Shown: positions 18,973-32,400 of the stretch, piece by piece
How the letters are laid out: each line of letters opens with the position of its first letter
Position numbering within the stretch: the stretch's first letter is position 1
Virus record (IMG/VR): IMGVR_UViG_3300016643_000312
Span: 5,139-69,138 of that record
Length of the DNA stretch: 64,000 bases
DNA from: a virus
Lineage: Duplodnaviria; Caudoviricetes
Direction: 5' to 3' (one strand)
Made by a program: the position numbers and the translations under genes
Notes under the pieces: generated by a model
Told to the model about the DNA's origin: nothing
Database searches by the model: none
The model's input: the letters and a program-made list of their open reading frames with translations, nothing else

Positions 18973-20445
18973 ATGGCTTTAGGAGCTTCAAACACCCAAA
19001 AGATGAACCCGGCTCAGTTTGTCGGGCAATATTCCCCGGAAGGGTTATTTCGTCCTGGCAATTACAGCCAGGTCAATTACAACACAAACTTTGATCCGTC
19101 CAATTTTGCGTCCTTGGTCCAGGACGCCATGCAGAAACAGGCGGCGTTTGAGGCGGCCTACCAAGCCAGACAAAACAACATGGGCTGGGAGATTGCCGAC
19201 CAGATCCAGTCCACTCTCGACAAGGGGGCCATCACCGCCGAAAGGTTTGAAAGAGCCAGAACTCAATCCATCCAAAACCGGTTGAATGAAAAATACGCGG
19301 AACGGCAGGCTCTGGCCGAATTGGAAGGCAAAGAAGCCGACACGGAAAGAAAGCAGTTTGATTTGGCCACCGATCGGGAATTTAAAGCGCGAGACATGCG
19401 CTCGTTGCTGGACCAAAGGGACGCTGCGATAGAGAGCACAAGAGCCGGCACGGAAAGCACAAAGGCCGGAACAGAGTCCACAAAAGAGACAACCCGGGCC
19501 AAACAGGCTGAGTATCCGTTCATTGCCAGGGCCCAAGAAGCCGCAATCGGGGCCCAGGAAGCCGGCACCCGGGCTAGCCAAGACCAAAGTGAGGTAGCTG
19601 CCAGCACCCGGGAAGACGAGGTAATCAAGGAAATCCAGCGCAGAGATGCGTTTTCAATTTTAAACAAGGAAAATCAGATTGTGGACAATCTCTATCAAAG
19701 GGCGATGGCGGGGGACATCAAGGCGTTTGAACGCCTGGAAAACTACAACGTGCCTTACGGTTTGGAGGAACATTTGCCGCAGCAGTTAAAGCAATTCACG
19801 GACAAGGTGCAGGAGCTAAAGAAACTGGCAACAGGCTCGCAAACAAGATTACTTTCAGAAACAAGCCGTAATTCTTACGAAAGGTTAGCTCAAAAGCTTT
19901 ATACCGATAGCCCCGCAGGGCGGCCCATTGCCGCAAAAATAATTGAAATTTTAAGGAGCAAACCGGGTTTTCTTGGTTTTGAACAGGAACAACAAATTCA
20001 GGACGCGTTCAACGTTTACAAAACCAAAATCAACCCGTCCACCAAGCTGGTTCTGCCGGTCATTGAGGATAACTACAGTTTTGCCCCCAGGGAAGAACGG
20101 GAGGCGAGACGCGAAGAAGCGCGGGAAACGGACAGGAAAAATCAATTTTCCGAGCCCAAAAACTTCAAGGACGTCTCGTCCCTGATATCAGCTGCTTCAA
20201 GGATTATTGCGGCTCCTCCCGGTATTGATATCACTGAACAAGCCAAAAATGAAGCGACCGCACTTCTTATGTCCCTAACCCAAGACCCGGAACTCAGACT
20301 GGTCGATCCGAAAATCAGGAATCGTGTCATGTTTTTGGCAAGCCAACTTGATGCCAGGCAGACAGTCCAGCCCGGGGGCAAAAAACCAACTCAAGACGCA
20401 CAAAAAGCGAACCAGCAGAATTTTGACGTATACGGGGCCCCGTAA
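18973..20445 (+). CDS. DNA ejection/internal virion protein (middle)
   Basis: Helical, E/Q/R-rich; EST(R/K)AGT repeats; sits between the small and giant ejection genes. Confidence 0.65.
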   Translation: MALGASNTQKMNPAQFVGQYSPEGLFRPGNYSQVNYNTNFDPSNFASLVQDAMQKQAAFEAAYQARQNNMGWEIADQIQSTLDKGAITAERFERARTQSIQNRLNEKYAERQALAELEGKEADTERKQFDLATDREFKARDMRSLLDQRDAAIESTRAGTESTKAGTESTKETTRAKQAEYPFIARAQEAAIGAQEAGTRASQDQSEVAASTREDEVIKEIQRRDAFSILNKENQIVDNLYQRAMAGDIKAFERLENYNVPYGLEEHLPQQLKQFTDKVQELKKLATGSQTRLLSETSRNSYERLAQKLYTDSPAGRPIAAKIIEILRSKPGFLGFEQEQQIQDAFNVYKTKINPSTKLVLPVIEDNYSFAPREEREARREEARETDRKNQFSEPKNFKDVSSLISAASRIIAAPPGIDITEQAKNEATALLMSLTQDPELRLVDPKIRNRVMFLASQLDARQTVQPGGKKPTQDAQKANQQNFDVYGAP

Positions 20446-20447
20446 GA

Positions 20448-23400
20448 ATGACGCTGTCAGAATTGTTGCGAAAACCCAGGTTCCTGGCCGAGGACCCGGA
20501 CAAGCAGGAAGAGGTTATCGACACTTACGTCGAGGCCGCCAGGCAACGGGCTTTGGCCAACAACGGGCTGGGCGGGGACCCAAGAAAATATTTTCAGGCG
20601 GTGGCCGAGGCCGACCAGGCCAAGGCCCAACTTGGCCTGACCAAAGACACACGCTCATGGTTTGACAAGGCCACCGACTCCTTTGTCGAAGGTTTGGACA
20701 CCGCGGCCGATTCCATGACGGCCCTGCAGGCAGTCAGCGGAATCCTGCCTCCGGACAAGGCAGCCGAGCAGATTGCCGCCAACGCGCTGGAACGAAGTCA
20801 AAGACCGCAGGCCAGGTCCATGATGAAGTTCCAGAAAGCAGGAGACAAAGGCTGGGCGGCACCGCTGATCAATCTTTTTTCCAATCCGGAAGCCGCCGCG
20901 CTGATTACGGCCCAGGGGCTTGGCACCAGCGTGCCGGGCATTGCCACGGGTTCCGCGGCCGCCGGAGCGGCCTCGCTTTTAAAGGCTGGTCCCATTGTCC
21001 GGGCCTTGTCGGTTTCCGGGGCTGTGGGAGGTTCATCTGCCTTGGTGGAGGGCGGGGCTCAGATTCTGGAGGATCTGCAGGCGGAAGCCGGAGGCGACTT
21101 GCAAAACACCGAAGCTCTGACGCAAGCCCTCTCAAATCCGGAGGTGCTAGCCAAACTGAGGGACAGGGCAACCAAGCGTGGCATCGGAGTGGGTGCGTTT
21201 GACGCGGCCTCCGTGCTCATACCATCAGAACGAATTTTAAAAACCGCCAAGGGATTAAAGGGTTTAGCCGCCAGGGGGGCAATCAACACGGTTCTGCAGG
21301 GAGGTCTGGGGGGTGCGGGAGAGGTGGCCGGCAACGTAGCTATCGGAGAAAAAACCAACCCTTCGGATTTCTGGGCGGAAGTGGTGGGCGAGGTTTTGCC
21401 GGGCATGGTGGAGCTGGGCATTGCCGGAAGGGGAGACCTGACCCCGCAGACCGACCAGGCTCTGAAGGAAAAACTTGGGCAAAACCAGGCCCGCGTGTTC
21501 GCCACCCCGACCGTAGATGCGGCCCCCGTGCTCCGAAAAAAACGGCCCGGGGACTTTTCTCCTCCGGCGGTTTCCATGGCCAAGGCGCAGGAGGTGGTGT
21601 CGTCAGCCGAAGCCACACCACAAGCTGCGCCACAAACGGCGACGCCTGGAAAGCCACCTGTTGCCGGACAACCCGCCCAACCTGTAACCCAGGAGGTCAA
21701 GCCGGTTAAAAACCCTCCGACAGAACTGGGTAAGACTGCGGATGAGATAGAGAAGGAGCTGCCGGAAGAGGAAAGAAAGTCTCCCTTCATCATTCACACC
21801 AGCGGTGTGGGCACATCCTCTGAAGTAAATACCCTCGCCAAAAAATACAACCTTACCGTCCAGCCCACCCTGAACACCCAGGATACCGAGGCCATGGTGG
21901 CGGGGGATCTGGAGCGTGCGGACGCCGTGCTGGTGATCGGGAACGATGAAAGCCTCCGCAACGACCCCGGGCAGATGCAGCAACGAAGGGCGGCAATCAA
22001 GAAACCGGGCACAAAGGGCACGGTGATAGAGGGCCGCGACCCAAGCCGGATTCTCCTCAACGTCCTTGACTTCCTGCGGGCCAACCCCAAGGCAAAGAAC
22101 TTTGCCGTGGCCATGCCCCAGTCCACGGCCATCAACGTAACTGGCGAGCAGAAACAAAAAACAATTTCCACGGCCGGATTGATTGTTGACCAGATTTTTG
22201 ACTTTATCAGCCAGCTGAATCCGGACCCAGCCAAGCGGGACTACGACGACCTGGAAAGACAGATCCGGGAATACAGCGGACTGAACAAGGCCGAGCTCGC
22301 GGACCCGAAACAAACGGCGGCCAATGTGATCCCGGGGTATCCCTACGCCGCCAACTCCGAGGCGGCCAGGGAGCTAGCCGGGGAGTTTGAGGGCCCGGGC
22401 AACGAAAATAATATCCTGGTGTATCAAACCGGCTCCAAGCCCCAAGTTGGCGTCGGGGAACTTGCCAAGATCCTGGGAGCTCAGCCCGGCCAGATTGGAC
22501 TGGCAGGCAGGACATACGCCCTGCCGTTTTTCACAAAACAAAAGCAGCCGTCCAAAAAGAAGTTGTCCCGGGAGGGGGAGGAAAGCGGGTTGGACATCAA
22601 GAAAACCCAGGATGAATTGAAAAAATTCCTGGAGTTTGCCAAGGCCAACCCAACAAAAAAATTCCTTTTCACGCCAAGCGCCTACACCGGAAACTTTACC
22701 CAACTGGAAGAGCGCCAGCTTTGGGGAGGCCTGACAAATATACCCTCCAATGTGAGGCCGATGGCGGATACTTTTGCCAATGCCCTGGCCCGTGGAACCA
22801 TGGCCTCGCAGAACGCGGGCCGGGTTGTTTCGTGGGACACGCAAAGGGCCGGCAAGAGAGGCCGCAACAGCGCCCAAATACTGAACCTCGACAAGGTTGA
22901 GGAATCCCAAAACCGTCCGCTTGCCCCGCAACCGGGAATGGACCCCGAGCAGGCAAAACGGGAACAGACGCTTGCGGACGTTTCCGCAAGACTCACCCGG
23001 GCCCAGCGGATCCGTGGGATTGGGGCCCGGGTCGGGGAACAAAAAGGCTCGATCCCGATCCTCAAGGGAGTGGTAATCAGCGAGGATCACTACAAGCGTT
23101 ATCTCCGCCCGGCGGCCACGCAGGTCAAAAGAAAACAGGAGCGCCGGGCCATTGGGACGCCGGAAGAACAAGGAACCCCTTACCGGCCCAAGCAGGATGC
23201 CGGCGGGATCACCGAAGCCTTTCCTTTCCCGTTTCGTGTTTTTGGGAGATCCAAAACCGCCGGCGGGGATATGGTTCTGTTGGTTCGAAACATACGGCGG
23301 ATCGGGGATGAAGTGTCCACGGAGGAGGCCGAGCAGGTCGCGCAATACCGCAAGGGCAGCCTGGATTACCTGAAAGGTATGGGGTCAAAGCCAAGGTACC

Positions 23401-26400
23401 TTGTCGAGTTTCGGTATCTGCACCAGGTCCCGCAGGAAAACATCAGCCGGTCCATACCTCCCAAATACACGTTTCGCCGCACGGAGGCCACCAACCGTTC
23501 GGAAGCACTAAACGCCGGAGATTTGGACGCACCTATTCAAACCATGGAAGAAATAAGCGAGGGCCAGGAGGAAACGCAGGTGACCTTTGGGGCGCAGGGA
23601 AATAAAACAGAGTGGGGAGACGACCCAATTGGCCTAGAAGAACTACAAAAAAACCTTAATTTTACTGTGTGGTCTGGGTTTTCAAACGAACAGAAAAAGA
23701 AATTTTTGTCTTCAATTGATACTATTCCGACGTTAAGCGCGGAAGACAAAAAGAAGATAGTTGATAAACTTAAACTTTTTGAAAAACAGAAAAAACTAAA
23801 AGGAACCAAAACAGGATTTTTCCGGCCGCCTCCGTACCTAAAACTGAAGTTTGACGCCCAGGCCAAACCTTACGTGGAGTTTTTGCAGGAGCCCGCCACG
23901 GCGGGAGAACCGTCCAGAAAGCCGGTAGCTATGAACTACCCCATGCCCCCGGAGGCCGTGCGGCCGGAGCTGCGGGCCAAGTACCCGAAGGGAACAACCA
24001 CGCTCAAGCTTGTGCAAAACGGGGACAGAAAAGCCACCACCCGTCGGCCTTTTGCCAAAGTGGGGGACGAGATCCGCTTCGAGGACGATCCCACGGTTTA
24101 TGAGGTGACTGAGGTCAGGGTCCCAAATCTGACCACGCCGGAAGGCCGACTCGAATGGGAAGAATCCGAAGGTTGGTCTCTTGATTTCATCGACCGCAGC
24201 CCGAAACTGCGGCAACAGGTTTACTCCCCCGACGCCGTCCAGACTGTCTTTAGAAAAGTAATCCGTAGGGGAGGCATAGCTATCCCCTATGTTGACTTTG
24301 ACCAGATGGTTTCCGACATTCTTGAGGAGAATGAATTGCCCGTGTCCGCATTGATTGAACGGGAAGTTCCGCTTTTTCGCAGGATGACGGCCGACGAGTT
24401 GGGCCAGGTCCGGCTGGGGCTCAAGCTTGCCCGTGAAGTTGTGGGTAGCTTAAAGCCCGGTGACCGTTTGAACCGCAAACAGGCAAAAATGCTTCGTCCG
24501 TTCCTGGACTTGGTTGGCCGGCATGTGGAACTCCAGAACATTGTCCGTGAAGCTTATCAGGGATCAGTTGAAGGCTGGGGCTTAAACACCCCCAGGAATT
24601 ACGTCAAACTGATGGCGGCAAGACTCATTGGAAACCCAAACCTTACGACCTTGGTGCCTTCCGGAAATTCCGTTCCTGTTGGAATCACGGAGGCGGCCGA
24701 GCCGGACCCGGTAAAACGCAGCCAGGACGGGGGAGAACCGGAAAATCTTGTTCCCGATAAAGCCGTTTTCACTTCGGACGACAAACTAGTTCTGTTGGAC
24801 GGGAACAATGAAACCCTTCAAACCTTGGACTTTTCCTTCCGTCACAAAGACATTGCCAACACCACCAGGACCAATGTTGTTTCTCAGGAAGCCCTCGTCA
24901 CCCCGGGGTTGTCCATCGTGCGGGCAGACCTGGAAGCCGAGGGCAAATGGCGGAACCTGAGCCCGGAAGAACAAACGGATCTGTCCTGGATCGAGCAAGG
25001 GCCAAAAGCCGGATACCGCTTCAAGTTTTTGGAGGACATCAGGAAAACGCTTTCCGAGGGTTATCCTGTCGGGATTGCCGATGCCGACAGCATTGCTTTT
25101 GTAAAAGCCTACAAATCCATTTTTGAATATGAGGAGACACCTGATGGTTTAATTGTCTTTAGCATCAGTATAAACAAAAAAACCCATTCCGTGGATATTC
25201 CGGTCCCGGGAGTAGCCGGGGACTTCAGCAGGATTTTCTACAGAATCCTCAAGCCCTTCTTTCAGGTGCAGGAGGATGAATTCAACCGGGGGGTTGAATT
25301 TGGACGCTCACCCAAGACCCTGGAATTGGCTCGAGATGAATCGGCGGAAACTTTTGACTTTAGAAACAGGCCGGAAACAACAATCATGCAGTCTACGGAG
25401 GAAAGTTACGCGGGGAGCGAGCCGGTGGGCAGCACGGTGCCGGCCACCACCGCATCGGGGCAACCCACCCTGTCCGTTTTCAGCGAGCTGGAGCGCAGCG
25501 AGGAACAGCTGGAAAACCAGACCCCGGAGACCGAGCTGGGCAATTTTGAGCAGGACGAGAAGGAACGTATCAGCCAAAGCCTGAGATCTTTAAGGCAACA
25601 CCTGCTGGTCAAACCTGAGATCGCCGCGGCCATCCGCAGGGCTGATCCGGATTCCAGGTATGTGAAGATGCTCGTTCTTCCGCAGGTCATGTACCTGGCA
25701 AGAGGAAGGACGGAGCCGTCGCCAAACCTGGATTATCCGTCCGGCTCGGCTTTGATCACCGGCATTGTTGACCCCGTCAACGGGGAACGGTTGGGCATGA
25801 TGGGCCATACGATCGGCCGGTCGCCGGAAGAAATCAGCCGGGAGGATGAGACCGGAAACCTGATTCGCCAGGCCTTTGCCGGCAGACAGGAGGCCGGAAG
25901 ATTCGTGAAATTCTCCGACGAAGTCGACAGTGGGAGGATTTTACGCGCCTGGAATGCCGTGTTGCGGGCCCTGTCGGCGGATCCAAAAGCCCTGTTTGTG
26001 CTTGAGGAGACCTCCTCGGAAGTTGAAGGGCAGATTCTCAACGGCCTTGAGCGGGTCACCAGTTACGACATTTTTGACGGGCGCATCCATTTTACAGGGG
26101 TTTATGACCAGGCCAATAACCGCTGGATCGGCCAGCTGCCTTACGGGGCCCGCCGGTTCACGCCGGAGGAAATCGGTGCCATGCCCAGGGACCAGGTTGT
26201 GGCCAACGCCAAGTTGATCAACGAATGGCTGAGGGAAAGGGGGGCGGAGGTCGACACGATCGGGGTGGACGACCCCAACTTGGCCGACACCGAACTAAAA
26301 TCAAAACTCCAGCTTCTTCAGGTGGTCGCCAAATCCTATTTGGAGGGGATGTTCCCGGATTTCAGGGCCAACGAAAAAAGTTTTGTTCCGGCCTTGCAGA

Positions 26401-29400
26401 CACTGGAGGAGCAGAAGTCCGATCTTTTGTTGAACTACACCACAACGGAGGGATTCCAAAGCAGACTCAACGACGCGCTGGACCCCGTGGAGCAGCAGGC
26501 GTTGCCGGTCTTGTTGGACCACGCCGTCCGGGTGTTTGACACCGGCATTGTCTACAAATACGGAAGGAAAAAAGCCGGGATTTACAAAAGCGTGTCCGGG
26601 CGGCCGAGGGAGCGGGCCATCATTCATTTCCGGCAGAACACCTCCATCAGCGAGCAGGACGCCCACAACCTGATCGACCGGCTGACCATCACCTCAGAAG
26701 GGTCATTCAAAGAGCCCGGACAAGAGGTCGGTGGTGCGCGGCTATTCCGTCGTATCTTTTTGGATGCCGTCCTAAAGACCAGGGAAAAAGGCATAACCGG
26801 AAAGATAGCGGACAATATAAACGCATTGCTTGAAACCTACGCGGTAGCGCTGGACAACAACGACCAGGATCTTTTTTCCGAGCCGGCCAAGCCGCACAAT
26901 CTACTCTACGGAACGGTCATGCGGCTGGTGGAAAATAGTTTCCAGCTCCAGGACAAAAAGACCAATGTCCGTTTCCTTGGGTTGATCGACCGCATCAAGA
27001 GAATCCACGGGTCCCTGAAGCTGCCCGCCGCACCAATCAGCATCACGGTCACAACCTCGGACGCCGGATCCATGGACCTGAGCGACCTTTCCATGCAGGA
27101 GCAGGCCATGCTTTACATGGGGGAGGATCTCCAAAGCGTGGAGGAGGTGGAGCGCGCGCTTTCGGAGGGCGTGTTCGAGGACACGACGATGGTCGACTCG
27201 TTCATGGAGGATTCCGAAAAGGTCAAATACCGCCGACGGGCCGACCAGTTCATCAGGGAAATGTCGGAGGAACGCAACGCCCTGCCGTTTGTTCAGCGCA
27301 TGATCCACGATGTGGTTATGCGGACCAAATTTGGCATCAAGGCGACCCAATACGACTCGGCCAACACCCGCAGCAACTCCCATCTCGACTACGTGTTTTC
27401 CAAGGTGCGCAGCGAGGCGGCAAACAACTTCCTCAACGGGGCCGAGCTAAAGAAGGCGGTCGATCTAATCAACGATTTTCCGTCGACCTATTCCGACCCC
27501 AAGGTTTTGGCCGCCTTTGCCGAGCAAAGATACGAGGCTATCCTGCAGAAGCTCGACAAGTTCGTTTACCAGGGAGATTCGTCGGCGCGTTCTGCCGTCC
27601 AGTTGCTGGAGGGTTTCAAACAGGATGATAAAACAAACCAAGCCTACGTGGCAGGCCTGAAAAGGGAAGCCGCCAGGCTGGACCTGGGGATCACCGAAAA
27701 ACGGGATAAGGCCAGAAAAAAGGAGCAGGAGGTCCAGGAAACCGAGCGGAAACGCATGCGTCTCACCGACCTGGAAAAACAGTTTGCCGGCGCGGTGGCC
27801 TTGCGGGCCAGAGACGCAAAGAGGTTTGAGGACTCAATGGCGGAAGTTCTTAACGGGGCCCGCACGTCAACCCTGAGAATGATTGCGGAGAGCGTGTTGG
27901 ACGACATGCAGAAGTTTTCGGATATCCCAACCAACCTGCATGGCAAAATTTATGACGAAATTTTCTCTCCTCAGACAAGAACAGGGGATTCGGCAGCCGG
28001 AGAGCTTGAGCAATCGGAGCAAAGACAAAGGCTTTACGAGGTTATCACCAAAGCCCTGATGCCGTTCTATAGCACTTTCCCAATGTCTGGCCGGGGGTTT
28101 CAGACCAAGATCAATTACTCCTTCGATGCAACCAACGAGCGGGCCATTTTTTCAATTTCGAAAGACATTTCCCTTCGACAGGAACCTGTTTCGGCAGATT
28201 TTGAGCCTTTGCTGGACGCACTCCGGAGGATCAACCAGCCGTACAAGACCACCGCCAGGACAAGGCAGGCGAGCCAGGTTTTACAGGAAAGGCTGGCGGA
28301 AGTCAGGGCGTTCAACGTGCAGTACCGGGACCGTGCCGGTTACACCGTGGACAACCGGTTACTCAATCTTACGGGTAAACAAAAAGAAGCTTTTGACCGG
28401 CTGCGCCACCGGGCCACGGAGAAAGGACTTAACGGGGTTCATTTTGCCTTTGGCACAAACAGCCGTCACCCCGTTTATACGGTGTTCAATACCGGCATGG
28501 CCACTCCGACCAGGATGGACTCCACCATTTTTGTAAACCCGAATCTTTTGGCCGAAAAAATGGCCCTGGATGTTTTTGACGTGGCCTATCAGCCAACGGA
28601 AGTGGTCGACGCCCAGACCGGGGAAATCACCTACCGCATGGATCTGAATCGGGAAGTCGGGGCGGAAGCACGCCGCCGTTATTCCGACCTGGCCGACCAG
28701 CTGGCCGCAAATTACCTGAGCCACGAGGTGGCCCACCTGGCCTACATGAACCAGACAAGGCGGGACTACGCCGCGCTTTGGAACGGCAACCCGCCGGAAG
28801 ACGGGTTCGCTCGCTATTACCGGGAACGCACCGACGAGTTTGCGGCATTCCTCAAAGACCCCGAAAACGGGTTGAAAATCAAACAACCGGGCCGGCCCCC
28901 GATCACCGTGGTAGAGGCCGTTGGCAATCTTTACGAACTCTACGGCGGCTCCGGAGCCGTCAACAACGACACCTTGGTGGCTGAGTTCCTTCGGATGATG
29001 ATGGAGATTGAAAAGTCGGGCGGCACTATCATCACGGAGATCACCGAGGAAACCCGTCGGGAAATGTCCGGTGTCACGGGCATCACCCGATTCATAGAGT
29101 TTATGCGTTCCGTGTTGGACTCCTTGTACTCCCTGTTCCAGGGGCTTCGCAACTCCAGGGACCCCAGGGCCGCAGAGCTTTATGCCACCTACAACAAGGT
29201 CAGCTCGCTTTACGACAAATACTTCAGTGCCTTCATGGAGAGCAATCTCCCGGACGGAACCCCCCTGATCGAGCCCGGTTCAAGGATTGTCCCGGTCTTC
29301 GGGGCCGGATACGTAAGACCCAAGACAAGGTCGGAAGCCATTGATTCCCGCCTGGTCGGCTCTCTCGGCTTGGATCCGGAAGAAGCCCAGACTTACAACA

Positions 29401-32400
29401 CCCGTGGCTTGGATACGACCATCGCCAAACTGCGGGAGACCGGGGTGGCGGATATCATTGATGAATTGGCATCCGAGCTTACGCCTCTGGAGCTGACCCA
29501 GCTTTTGAGTTCCGACGACAATCTCAACCCAGATGAGGAAAAACCGGCGGACCTGCGCGGCCGCAATATTGGAAACCTGACTGAGCTGGACCGGTATGCC
29601 GTGATCACCCTGGCCATCACCAAGCTGAAAAACATGGGCCAGGTTCACAAGGCCAGGGAGATTGCCCGGGCGGTAAGCACCAAAATCCGGGGTATGGGCC
29701 AGACCATCTCCATCATCGGGAGACTGGCCAAGACATTGTTTTACGAGGACCCGGCCTACATCCTGACGGAATACTCGGGTCGCATTGCGGAAGGAAGAAA
29801 ACTTATCGGGGAACGGGTTAAGCCACAGATGGACGAGCTCATGGGGGCCGTAAAATCCATCCAGGCTGCAGCCATCGGCAGTGTGTTGGGAGAGCAAGGG
29901 GTCAAGACCCTGATCAACACGATCAACCGGCTATACGGCCAGGAGCTCCTCCGTGTCGGCGCAAACAACATCGAGGCAATCCTCCGGGACCACTACACCA
30001 ACTTCAACGGGGAAAGTCTCCTGGCGGTGCTTAGCCGGATCCTGCCCAACCGGAGCCTGGACGACCGGACCCTGGAGTCCCTTACCGAGCAGGTGGAGGA
30101 AAACATGCGCATCCAGATGGCCAACCGCATGGGCTTTGGCGGCCGCACGGTCGGCGGAAAGATCCTCGGGCGAACGGACAACGTCAACGTTGACCTCAAG
30201 GAAGAGCGCATCCAGCAGATCCTTGAAAAAATGGTTCGGGTGGCCAAGCCGCCGATGATTAAGAGCGGCTCCTCCATTGAGAATGCCATCGCCGGGGACG
30301 CCAAGATGATCCTGGAATTGGCCATCAAGGGAGCCCTGGACCGCGACCAAGTGCTCGGCGTCATCCAGTCCATCGGCAAGTTTCCCAGCTTCAACCTTGA
30401 GACCGCGCGGGTGTTGAGGGAATTGGCCGAGGAAGCCAAAAGCCTTCCGCCGGACAGCTTCATGCGCGGCCGGGTTCTGCAAAAAGCCCTGGGGGTTCTG
30501 CAGAACGCGACCCAGCCCACAAGCAGCCTGTACGGGGGATTGGCTTCCGCCTACTGGTACATGTCGATGTTGTCCGGACCGGCCACCTTTATGGTCAACT
30601 TTGTGTCCACGGCCTTCAAGGCCATCATGGACATGACCTCCTATGCCTTTGCGGCCGGAGTGGCCAGGAGGGATCTCGGGCTTTCCATGCGGCTTCTTGG
30701 CTTGTCGTTCAAGACATTTCTCAGATCCATCCACACCATCGCGTTGGCCGAGGCAAAAGGCATCTTGCTCAAGGGGGACCTCAACCCGAGAACCGCCGGA
30801 AAATACATCACCGAAGAGACCATCAACGCCCTGGAGTCCATGGAGACAGACGCGCTTTGGAAGAAAACGCTTTCCCTTGGAAAATATGTGTTTCGCGTGA
30901 TGTCCGCGTCCGATGCCCTTTTTGGAAGAGCCGCCATGGAATCTTACGCCCACGTGCAGGCACACCTGAAGGCCATCGAGCAAGTGGAGCAGGGGCTTAC
31001 CCCTTACACCGTGGAGCAGGAGGCCGCCAGGCTGATTGCCCAGACCGAGGTGGAGCAGGCAGACTACGTACAGAAAGCAAGTGGAGAGGGGCTGGAGCCG
31101 GGCTCCGCCGACTTCCTCAAGCGGGTGTACGAGCTTCGCGACCAGGCGCTGCGCATGGATCCGGAGCGGAGCGCCATTATACGGCGGGCGGAGGAACTTT
31201 CCCTGTACGCCACCTACAACAATGAGCCCTACGGGGTTCTTGGCTTTATTGGAAAACAAATAGGGCAGTTCAACCGGAAATACCCCCTGGGGGTAACCAT
31301 CGTGCCTTTCACCAAAATCGTGTCCAACGTGACCAACGAAAGCATGAACTACACGCCCATTATTGGGCCATGGCGTGCGTTCAAGGAACTCAAGGAATCC
31401 GGGTTCAAATTAAACGAGCGGGCGCCGGGCTTCCCAACCACCCAAGCCGAGCTGGAAAGAATCTCCAAGATTGAACGGGGCTACCAGTTGGGTATGCAAT
31501 CCATTCTTGGTACAGCGTTGATGGCGATGATTGGCGTGGCTGCCGCCCAAGCTCTGCGGAGCAAGGAAGATGGGGAAGACGACGAGCTGGGCTTCAATGT
31601 GACCGGAGCCGGCCCCAAGGACCCCGCCCAGCTTCGCCAGGCCAGGGAAGGCGGATGGACCAACTACTCTTTCTCCCTTGGCGGGAACACCAACTTCCGG
31701 GTCAACTATCTGGCCACCCCCCTGGCCATCCCTTTTGCGGTCATAGGCACTTGGTCGGACAGCGCAAGGTTCCCCAGGGGAGACGATGAAAAATCCATGT
31801 ATGAAACGCTAACCTCGGCCGGGTTGGCTGTCATCCAGGTGCCGTTCAACCAATCCTTCCTACAGGGTTTGTCCTCGTTGTTCAGCATTGTGGACGGACG
31901 GTTTGAAGGGGAAGACCAAAAAGCCCTTGAGAAACTGGTCAGTAGCTCGTTTGGAAACCTGGTGCCAAACATTGCCCGGCAGATCGAGCAAGTGTTTGCC
32001 CCGGTAGCGCCCACCCAGACCTCGACCATGGGCAGGCTGCTGTACAACAAGATCCCGCTGCTCCGGCAGGCCACCGGCCAGCCCACCCTGAACGTCCTGG
32101 GCGAGCCGGTAAATGCCCCCAACGGGGCGGAACGACTCTTCTTCCTGCAAAGGTTTGTCAACTCTGTGAAAGCCGACCCGCTGTTCAAACTTTTGATGGA
32201 GAAAAACATATTCATTCCCGACGTCAAGGCGGGGACAAAGGTTGGGGCCCTTCCGTTGGACGACGCGCAACGTTACCGGTTCCGGGAAATCCGCGGGCAG
32301 ATGTTGGCCAGGACCATGCGCACGGAAAGGTTTTACCAGTTTGCCCAAAGGGCGGCCCAGGCCCAATTGGAAAAATACGTGGAGGACCTGGCCGGCCAAG

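Noticed and set aside
19425-19500. Imperfect 21-nt repeats (ESTRAGT/ESTKAGT/ESTKETT)
   Set aside because: Ordinary coiled-coil heptad repeats in an ejection protein.
20594-31663. Many long alternative-frame and antisense ORFs inside the giant gene (e.g. 29931..31259 minus, 442 aa) and over polA (57480..58697 plus)
   Set aside because: Expected shadows of GC-rich coding sequence; no RBS, motifs or plausible composition.
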